The translations under genes and the position numbers were made by a program. A DNA stretch of 64,000 nucleotides from Alphaproteobacteria bacterium. Its GTDB lineage: Bacteria > Pseudomonadota > Alphaproteobacteria > UBA7887. The number at the start of each line of letters is the position of its first letter. Within the stretch, counting starts at the first letter, position 1. The notes under the pieces were generated by a model that did not search any database, had not been told where the DNA came from, and saw only the letters and a list, made by a program, of their open reading frames with translations. The DNA lies in assembly GCA_965216755.1 (NCBI GenBank), contig CBDCGL010000011.1, positions 2,112,001-2,176,000 of the forward strand, given 5' to 3'. Below, in pieces: positions 56,683-64,000 of this stretch.

Positions 56683-58218
56683 TCAGGTTGAAAATTGATG
56701 CGCCAACTGTTGCCTAAATTGGATGTGGTCGGTCACGCTGAGTTGGCTGAGATCATGACCGACTTCTGTCAGCAAAGCGCACCACCCTTGATGCGGGGCC
56801 CGACGGTAGAGGTGCATGTGTGGGTACCAGAGCGAACGAGCGCCAGCCATTTGCCAACGCCAGTCGGGAACTGGGGCGAGCAAGGTCCAACATGGCACGC
56901 CGAGCGCACCGGCCATGTGTGCGGTGGTGTTCGAAGTGGTGACCACCAAGTCCATAGCCGCCACCTGGGCGGCGAAATCGCCGAGTGAACGGAGCTGATC
57001 AACGCGCTGGTCATCGATGAGACGCGTCCCGCAAACGCGTTTCGCGGCGGCCAGCTCGGCGCCGCAATCGCCGTATTGTAGATTGACCAGTTTGAGCCGC
57101 TCCTGCGACAGGATCGGCCGCCACGCCGCCAAGGCGGTTGACTTGGCCGCGGCGTGGCGGCGCCGAACGGGTTGTTGGTCGTGAATGCGACTGGCCCACG
57201 AAATACCGATCAATGGCGTATCCGTATTGCCCCGGTAGCGTGCCCGCAATGCGGCAACCCTCTCTGGATCTGCGCAAAGATATGCCTGGCCATTACCAAA
57301 TGCATCGCGATCGCGGCGTAGACGACGGCCCAGAGAACCCATCGGCACGAACGACGTCACCTGGTCCGGCGGCTGACCTGGCACTTTCGCCACGACATTG
57401 AAACTGTCAAACGCCATGCCAAACAATGACCGCAAACGCGGATCGCAAGCAATCGTCCCGTCCACACCTGCCGCCGCCAGATCTTTGATCAGCGTAGCAA
57501 ACATGAGCTGATCACCGACGCCCTGTTCGCCCCAAATTAGCAGCCGCTGCCCGGATTCGGTTACGCCATGCCATGCCGGCAATCCGGATGGCAGGATTTC
57601 CGAATCTGGCTCACGCCAGCGCCATTCATAGGAATCGAATCCAGTCCCAAATTCACCTTTGAGCAGCAATGCGATACCAAGGTTCTTATGTGCCGACGCA
57701 TATTCCGGTTTCACCGCCAGGGCGCGGCGATGGCAATTGATCGCCTCTTCGATCAAGCCGCTTTCGCGCAATGCGACACCGAGGTTATTGTGTGCTTCGG
57801 CTAAATCTGGGGCCTGGCGAAGCGCGCTGCGGTAGGATTCGATCGCCGCCTGGTCTTCTCCGCGCCCAAACAGTGCGGCGCCTAAATTGTTGTGCGCCTC
57901 CGCGTAGGTAGGATCGATGGCCAGCGCAAGACCATAGCAATCGATAGCCATGTCAAATTGGCCCGCGGCGTCATAGGCCATGCCGAGGCGAGATTGATAA
58001 ACAGCGTTGCCGGGTCGATCGCGCGCGGCACGTGCCAATCGTTCCACCGCGCTGTTGACGCGTCCGGCTTGCAAATCGACAACGCCCAAAAGGTGTAGGG
58101 CATCGGCGTCATCGGGGGCGCGCGCCAGGATCGCCCCATAGATCTGCGCCGCGTCATCCAGGGCACCAGCGCGATGAGCGCGCAAGGCCAACGCCATTTT
58201 CGAACCGACATGTCTCAC
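56683..58218 (-). CDS. TPR + GT-B glycosyltransferase (FlmG-like), paralog 3 (GTG start overlapping the upstream stop is inferred)
   Basis: TPR array; 'YEWRW', 'WGEQGVGDQLMF', 'IGISW', 'VNLQYG', 'AMDLVVTTSNTTAHMAGALG'. Confidence 0.8.
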   Translation of the reverse strand: MRHVGSKMALALRAHRAGALDDAAQIYGAILARAPDDADALHLLGVVDLQAGRVNSAVERLARAARDRPGNAVYQSRLGMAYDAAGQFDMAIDCYGLALAIDPTYAEAHNNLGAALFGRGEDQAAIESYRSALRQAPDLAEAHNNLGVALRESGLIEEAINCHRRALAVKPEYASAHKNLGIALLLKGEFGTGFDSYEWRWREPDSEILPSGLPAWHGVTESGQRLLIWGEQGVGDQLMFATLIKDLAAAGVDGTIACDPRLRSLFGMAFDSFNVVAKVPGQPPDQVTSFVPMGSLGRRLRRDRDAFGNGQAYLCADPERVAALRARYRGNTDTPLIGISWASRIHDQQPVRRRHAAAKSTALAAWRPILSQERLKLVNLQYGDCGAELAAAKRVCGTRLIDDQRVDQLRSLGDFAAQVAAMDLVVTTSNTTAHMAGALGVPCWTLLAPVPDWRWQMAGARSLWYPHMHLYRRAPHQGWCALLTEVGHDLSQLSVTDHIQFRQQLAHQFST

Positions 58219-60629
58219 GGTTCGCATCCCAGCCATTCGGTCAAGGCGGCGGCAACACGGTTCATGACGCCGGCCCAGTCGCCGTGACGCGCCTGACGAA
58301 ACAGCCGCATGTTCGGGTACCACAATGTTTCATCGCAATCGAGCTGCCAGCGCCAATCGGGCACGTGGGTCAGCAGCGTCCACACAGGAATGCCCATTGC
58401 TCCAGCCAAATGAACTGTGGTGTTGGAAATCGATATCACCAAATCCAGGGCGCCGATTTGCGCCGCGAAATCGTCAAGGCTGGTCATTTGATCGATGCGA
58501 TCATCGCGGTGGATTCGTACGCCCTGGTCTTCCGCGACGGTCGCGCGATCTTCGCTTGTGTCACCATATTGGAGGTCGAAGAAGCGGACGCCGGGCAAAC
58601 GCAGAATCTCAAACCACAGAGGCAGCGGCGCTGACTTAATACGCCCCCAATGGGGCGCCGCACTGCACCACGCGATACCGATCTTGCGCTCTGGCCCCAT
58701 GGCCGCGTACCGTTCGCGACAATCCGCGCTTTTCGCAGCATCGCAACGTAGATAGGCCTGTGCGGGCAAGAACGCCTTGCGGCTGCCACGAACCCATTGG
58801 TGAACACTGCCCAGCGCCGTTTGCGCGCCGACCGGATCGTCAATCGTTTCCGGTTGCGGCGGTGTCGTTCGTGGCACAACTGATAGCTGTGGCAAGGAAC
58901 GTCGAAACAACGGGACCAAGCGTGGATCACATTCGAAGACAATTTGCCCAGGCGCGACCCGATCCGCGACGTCGGCCAGGGCCGTACCCAGCATGACTTG
59001 GTCGCCGGCGCCCTGTTCACCCCACACCAACAGTGCGCCATCAGAGATCCTTTGGCCGTCCCACCACGGTTGCGGGAAGGTTCGTCGCCAAATCCCGGAT
59101 TGCCGCCACCGCCATTCGTATTCGGGATAGCCGCGCGCGAAGTCGCCGCGCAACAGGTGCAGCATGCCCAAATTCTGATGCGGCCCAGCAACGTCATGTT
59201 GGCAGGAAATGGCGCGCCGGTAATGATTTTCGGCCTCATCGAAAGCACCTGCCGCCACCAAAGCGTTGCCCAAATTGTTATGGGCATCACAGTCGTCGGG
59301 CGCCAAGGCCAGTGCGTGACGCACGGCTGAGACAGCCTCGTCGTAGCGACCCTGATGCTTGAGTGCGGTGCCGAGATTGTTCAGCACGGCCGGCCGTTGA
59401 GGATCGATGGCGATGGCTTGGCGAAACCGGCTTTCAGCGGCTTCAAGGCGATCCTGCTCGATCAGAGCGTTGCCGATATTGACCAGAGTCTCGACATTTT
59501 CCGGCTCCAGGGCCAGGGCGCGCTCGAAATACGCCATGGCGTCGACCATTTTCCCGTCGCCACGCGATATCCGGCCAATGCCGTTCATCGCGGCGACGCA
59601 GTCTTGATCTTGTTCCAACGCGCCCGTAAAGGCATTTCGCGCACCAGTGATATCGCCTTGATCGAGCAGCAACCGTCCTAGGGCGACGTGCCAGTCCGCA
59701 ACGTCCGCGCACCGATCAAGCGCTTGTCGCCAAGCGATAGCGGCCTCGGTCAGGCGGCCGATTTGGCCCAGCATGATGGCGCGATTGGCGTAGCTGTCCG
59801 CGATTTGGGGCGCGACTGCGACAGCTCGGGAAAAGCAAGCTTCGGCCCCTGCCACATCGCCCAAAGTGGCCCGACAGACGCCAAGCGCATTGAGGATTTC
59901 CGGATTATGTGGATCTTCGGCCAGAAGGTGTTCATAGGCCTGGATCGCCGCATCGTGGTCGCCCACCTGGCGCAGGCAATCGGCCAAGTTGCGCCATCCC
60001 GGCAGGAAGTCCGGCCGCATCGCCAACGCCGCGCGAAACAGGGCCAATGCCTCGTCCGCATGGCCCATTGCCAATGCCGCCGTACCATCATTGTTAATCG
60101 GTTCCGGATTATCGGGATCCGTTTGGTGCGCGGTCCGATAGGCGGCGCGCGCTTCGGCAAAGCGCTGCAATCGTGCATAAGCGACACCGAGGCCATTATG
60201 GGCGTCGACCAAATCGGGGCGGGCCGCGATGGCTTTCTTGTAGTGGGTGATCGCCGCCTCCACGTCACCTTTTGCCGCCAGCATGTTGGCGAGATTGTTG
60301 TTGGCCTCGGGATGCGTCGGGTCAATGGCAAGCGCCGCGCGGTAATACGCAAGCGCGGTTTCGTCGGCACCACGCGCGCCGTGCGCCGCCGCCAACCGGT
60401 TCAGGTAGTCGGGACGATGCGCGTCAATTTCAACGGCCCGCTGCAGCTGTGTCACAGCGGTATCCAGGTCCCCGGCTTGCAACGCAACCAGACCGAACAG
60501 ATGGGCCGCGTGGGCGTTGTCGGGGTCAAGCGATGCCGCTTGTTGATAGAGCGCCTGTGCATCGCTCAGACGGCCGGCTTGGTGAAACCGCAGTCCCAGC
60601 GCCAGCTTTGCCCCCACGTCTGCAGCCAT
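58215..60629 (-). CDS. TPR + GT-B glycosyltransferase (FlmG-like), paralog 4, longest TPR array
   Basis: About 490-aa TPR region; 'YEWRW', 'WGEQGAGDQVM', 'IGIAW', 'DLQYG', 'ALDLVISISNTTVHLAGAMG'. Confidence 0.8.
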   Translation of the reverse strand: MAADVGAKLALGLRFHQAGRLSDAQALYQQAASLDPDNAHAAHLFGLVALQAGDLDTAVTQLQRAVEIDAHRPDYLNRLAAAHGARGADETALAYYRAALAIDPTHPEANNNLANMLAAKGDVEAAITHYKKAIAARPDLVDAHNGLGVAYARLQRFAEARAAYRTAHQTDPDNPEPINNDGTAALAMGHADEALALFRAALAMRPDFLPGWRNLADCLRQVGDHDAAIQAYEHLLAEDPHNPEILNALGVCRATLGDVAGAEACFSRAVAVAPQIADSYANRAIMLGQIGRLTEAAIAWRQALDRCADVADWHVALGRLLLDQGDITGARNAFTGALEQDQDCVAAMNGIGRISRGDGKMVDAMAYFERALALEPENVETLVNIGNALIEQDRLEAAESRFRQAIAIDPQRPAVLNNLGTALKHQGRYDEAVSAVRHALALAPDDCDAHNNLGNALVAAGAFDEAENHYRRAISCQHDVAGPHQNLGMLHLLRGDFARGYPEYEWRWRQSGIWRRTFPQPWWDGQRISDGALLVWGEQGAGDQVMLGTALADVADRVAPGQIVFECDPRLVPLFRRSLPQLSVVPRTTPPQPETIDDPVGAQTALGSVHQWVRGSRKAFLPAQAYLRCDAAKSADCRERYAAMGPERKIGIAWCSAAPHWGRIKSAPLPLWFEILRLPGVRFFDLQYGDTSEDRATVAEDQGVRIHRDDRIDQMTSLDDFAAQIGALDLVISISNTTVHLAGAMGIPVWTLLTHVPDWRWQLDCDETLWYPNMRLFRQARHGDWAGVMNRVAAALTEWLGCEP

Positions 60630-60704
60630 CGGTTCCCTAACGCGCCGCGTATGCGAAATGAGCGCCCCTTGTCTCGACGCTGCGAAAGCGGCCCCTTTTT
60701 GCCT

Positions 60705-61361
60705 TCATCCCGAGATCAGATCGGACTTGATACCGCTTTCGCCCTGGGCTAACTGAACCGCCGTTTCGACCACGAACATGTAACGGATCGTCGGATAAGC
60801 CCTGGCAATGTCTCGGATGACCGGTGTCCACCAACCTGCTGGTTGCACCGTGCAATGGGCGTTCTCGCCGTTGGGCAGTATCTTCTGCGCCGGGTAGTTC
60901 GCAATGTTCGCGAACACAAATACGCGGGCAAATCCAAACAATTCGGATAAAATCCAGCCGAGATCCTCTTCGGGACAATGCTCAAGTACGTCGGTGCAAA
61001 TGACCCCATCGAACGTGGTGTCTGGCAAGGCACTATAGGGTGCGTAGCCGGGATCGTAACAGGTGACCGCGTCGACACCCCAATAGGCCGACAGGCTGTC
61101 ATGGCGGCTGCCGTCGGGCGCAACATAAGGTGTGCGGTAGCCCAGCCCCTTACCCGCGCCGTAGTCGAGGATCGTTTGTGGCTGAAGCTTGTCGACGACT
61201 TGCTTGATCACCGGTGCCTGACGAAACAGGCTTTGCCCGGCAAAAGTCGACTCGGCGCCCAAGCCTTGTTCGGCTTGGCCGTGATCGTGCATCGTTGCGT
61301 AGAGCGAAATGAGCTCTTGGTAGCGCGGACTTGGTGCGCTCCGGCTGTAGGTCTGCTGCAT
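60705..61361 (-). CDS. Class I SAM-dependent methyltransferase
   Basis: 'ILDYGAGKG', 'YDP', 'FDGVICTDVLEH'; first gene of the glycosyltransferase run. Confidence 0.8.
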   Translation of the reverse strand: MQQTYSRSAPSPRYQELISLYATMHDHGQAEQGLGAESTFAGQSLFRQAPVIKQVVDKLQPQTILDYGAGKGLGYRTPYVAPDGSRHDSLSAYWGVDAVTCYDPGYAPYSALPDTTFDGVICTDVLEHCPEEDLGWILSELFGFARVFVFANIANYPAQKILPNGENAHCTVQPAGWWTPVIRDIARAYPTIRYMFVVETAVQLAQGESGIKSDLISG

Positions 61362-61524
61362 TGCTAATGGCAAGATACGCGCCCCGATAGCATTTCACGA
61401 AATGGTCGGCGTCCAAGGCACGTTACGGCCTCCACACTTAAGAATGTGTTTACCGCCGGCGGGCAAAAACAATGCTTCCGGGCCGGCATCCGCATTTCCG
61501 CGTGCACCCGGCGACAGGGCCAAG

Positions 61525-63975
61525 ATGAACTCTACCGGTAAGATCTTGCAGATGGGCTTATCCAAACATCGCGCCGGTCGCTTGCAGGCGGCCGAGCGAG
61601 CCTATCGCGCTGTCTTGGATCACGATCGCGCCAATCCCGACGCACTCCATTTGCTCGGACTGGTGCACCACCAACGCGGTGACCATCGACGTGCCTTGTC
61701 GTTGATCACAAAGGCCATTGGTACCGGGCGGGTTTCGGCGAGTTACCACAACTCCGTCGGCGAAACCCACCGTGCTCTGGGAGACAGTGCAGCCGCCATG
61801 GCCGCCTACCGCGAAGCCATTCGCATCGACGAAAGTTTCGGCGACGCCTGGAACAATATGGGCGTGGTTCTGCGCAGTCTCGGCGATCGTCGCGGCGCGC
61901 TGAGTCATTTCCAGCGCGCGGTCACGCTGAACCCAAAACACGTGCATGCCCTGAACAATCTGGGCGTCGTTCAAATCGAACTGGGCAAGCACGGCCAAGC
62001 CGCCGACACCCTGCGTCGGGTCGTTGAGATCGATCCGAGCTGCGTTGAAGCCCACGCGAATCTGGGTAACGCTCTGCGCCACCTCGGTCACTTGGAAGCG
62101 GCCGAGACAGCTTATCGTGCAGCCATACGCCGGGGGCCAAACAGCGCCCGCGCGCGCAACAATCTGGGCGTGGTGCTGCAACAACTTGGCCGTTTGTCGG
62201 AGGCCGAGGCGGCGTTTCGCTTGGCCCTGAGTCTTAGACCCACCGACACCTCGGCACACAACAACCTGGGCGCGGCCTGCTTCGTACAAGGCCGCGTACA
62301 AGAATCAATTGCGCACTATCAATCGGCCATAAATTATGACCCCGATTACGCCGACGCTCACGAAAACCTGGCCGCAGCCTATCTTGCGCAAAGCCGGGTC
62401 AACAGCGCCATCGCATCTGCGCGGCGCGCATTGGAGGCACATCCACACAGCGGCAAGGCCTTAAACGTCTTGGGCAATGCGTTGCTGCAAAAACGTGACC
62501 TCGCCGCGGCCATGGAAGCCTTTGAGCACGCATTGGTCACCGACGATGGTGCCGACGAAGCATTCTGGTGCCTCGTTTCTTACATGCCGGCGATCGCGGA
62601 TTGGGCGGGTCATGCGCGCTATACGCGATTGCTTGAAGAGCGATTGACGAACCTACAGAAAACGGACAACGCGCGTCGATTTGGACATATTGTCCCGCTG
62701 TCGTTTTCGTTGCCGTACTTCTCAGACGACACTGCGCTGCTCGGGCGGGTCCTGCGCATGGCCGCGCGCCATATCGAGGACCGCGCGCGCCATGTGGCGC
62801 CGAACATCGTTTTCTCGAGCCAGCCTCGGGGCGGGCAACTTCGGGTCGGCTATGTGTCACCCGATTTTGGCGATCATCCCATCGGCCATGTGACACGGCC
62901 GATATTTGGCTTGCACGATCGGAGGCGATTTCACATCACATGCTATGGGTTGTTGGACCGTAGCGGCGAATCCGCCCCTTATCACAAAGACATCGCAGCA
63001 GCGGCGGATCGGTTCATCGATCTCTCGGGGCACACACTTGTCGATGCGGCGCGCGCGATTCACGCCGATCAGATTGATATCCTCATCGACCTGACCGGCA
63101 ACATGCGATATGGCCAGCCAACCATTTTCGCCATGCGGCCGGCCCCCATTCAAGTTTACTGGCTGGGCCATGGCGGTGGATTGGGTGCGCGATACATCGA
63201 TTATGTGATCGCCGACCCGATCGTCGTACCCGACACAATGCGGGCCGATTATGTCGAGGCGGTTGCGCGCCTACCCGATAGCTTTTCGAGCGCCGATCAG
63301 CCGCCGATCGCGGATCAACCGCTGAGCCGGTCGGATTTCAATTTGCCAAACGAAGCGGTTGTGTTTTGCGCATTCAACAATTCTTTGAAACTCGAACCCG
63401 ACACGTTCATGGCCTGGATGAAAATCCTCGCCGCAACGCCAAACAGCGTGCTGTGGCTGAGCGCCAGTGACAATGACGTACTGAAGCAAAGTCTTCGGTG
63501 CCACGCGGCGAACGCCAGGATCGATCCCGGCCGCCTGGTTTTCGCCTCCCGATTGGAAGACAAAACGCTGCATCTCGCGCGCCATCGCTTGGCCGACCTT
63601 TTCCTGGACAGCTTCAAATTCAACGCATCGACCACAGCCTTGGACGCTCTATGGGCGGGATTGCCCGTTCTGACCCTTGCTGGCAACGGATTTCACAGCC
63701 GCATTGGCGCCAGCTATCTGCGCGCCTTGCGCATGGACGACATGATTTGTACCACACCCGATGAGTTCGTACGCCGCGCCAACGTGCTGGCGACAAATCC
63801 CGGGCAACGTCAAATGTTGAAATCCCGCTTGGAAAGCCGGCGCAAGACCGCACCCCTGTTCCAAGCGGACCGTTTTGTTCGCCACCTAGAATGGGCTTTT
63901 GAACATATGTGGCAAATCCGTTCCGAAGGGGATAAACCGGCGTCGTTCGACGTCCCGGTTTGCCGGACCGATTAA
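61525..63975 (+). CDS. TPR + GT41 O-GlcNAc transferase/SPINDLY-like glycosyltransferase
   Basis: TPR array; 'RVGYVSPDF.DHPIG', 'IHADQIDILIDL.G', 'RPAPIQV.WLG', 'FNN..KL', 'ADLFLDS...NASTT..DALWAGLPVLT'. Confidence 0.88.
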   Translation: MNSTGKILQMGLSKHRAGRLQAAERAYRAVLDHDRANPDALHLLGLVHHQRGDHRRALSLITKAIGTGRVSASYHNSVGETHRALGDSAAAMAAYREAIRIDESFGDAWNNMGVVLRSLGDRRGALSHFQRAVTLNPKHVHALNNLGVVQIELGKHGQAADTLRRVVEIDPSCVEAHANLGNALRHLGHLEAAETAYRAAIRRGPNSARARNNLGVVLQQLGRLSEAEAAFRLALSLRPTDTSAHNNLGAACFVQGRVQESIAHYQSAINYDPDYADAHENLAAAYLAQSRVNSAIASARRALEAHPHSGKALNVLGNALLQKRDLAAAMEAFEHALVTDDGADEAFWCLVSYMPAIADWAGHARYTRLLEERLTNLQKTDNARRFGHIVPLSFSLPYFSDDTALLGRVLRMAARHIEDRARHVAPNIVFSSQPRGGQLRVGYVSPDFGDHPIGHVTRPIFGLHDRRRFHITCYGLLDRSGESAPYHKDIAAAADRFIDLSGHTLVDAARAIHADQIDILIDLTGNMRYGQPTIFAMRPAPIQVYWLGHGGGLGARYIDYVIADPIVVPDTMRADYVEAVARLPDSFSSADQPPIADQPLSRSDFNLPNEAVVFCAFNNSLKLEPDTFMAWMKILAATPNSVLWLSASDNDVLKQSLRCHAANARIDPGRLVFASRLEDKTLHLARHRLADLFLDSFKFNASTTALDALWAGLPVLTLAGNGFHSRIGASYLRALRMDDMICTTPDEFVRRANVLATNPGQRQMLKSRLESRRKTAPLFQADRFVRHLEWAFEHMWQIRSEGDKPASFDVPVCRTD

Positions 63976-64000
63976 GCCTTCTTCAGCAATTTCCCGCCAC

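Noticed and set aside
52909-60629. Recurrent DNA-level similarity among the four genes as a CRISPR or repeat array
   Set aside because: It reflects paralogous coding motifs and TPR repeats; there is no repeat-spacer structure.
63972-64000. Possible 3' end of a convergent minus-strand gene (..GGKLLKKA*)
   Set aside because: Only a few codons are visible, which is not enough to support a call.

Overview
GC-rich alphaproteobacterial chromosomal segment (Rhodospirillales/Caulobacter-type flagellar logic; taxonomy inferred from gene content only). It has four blocks. (1) An accessory left end of about 12 kb: the C-terminal part of an AAA-ATPase/TPR (adenylate-cyclase-type) gene, an internally deleted IS5-family element with both ends intact, an nnrU-family gene behind a perfect FNR box, an acyl-CoA ligase plus secreted rhodanese, a truncated IS2-group (IS3 family) element, and pqqABCDE followed by a SAM methyltransferase. 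pqqA is not in the ORF track. (2) Core genes: pssA, psd, ATM1-type ABC transporter, LysM protein, LOG, icd, alaS and recA with two LexA boxes. (3) A ~28 kb flagellar cluster (flhB to two flagellins) with readable sigma54, FlbD(ftr)-like, IHF and CtrA sites, tandem MotB-like genes (one lacking the ion-binding Asp) and a cheY-cheZ pair. (4) Directly against the flagellins, four tandem paralogous TPR + GT-B glycosyltransferases (FlmG-like), a methyltransferase and a divergent TPR + GT41 (OGT/SPINDLY-like) transferase. Block 4 is the best candidate for an unusual system, a multi-enzyme flagellar protein glycosylation island. No rRNA, tRNA or CRISPR array was seen. All calls come from motif recognition by eye; no database searches were run.
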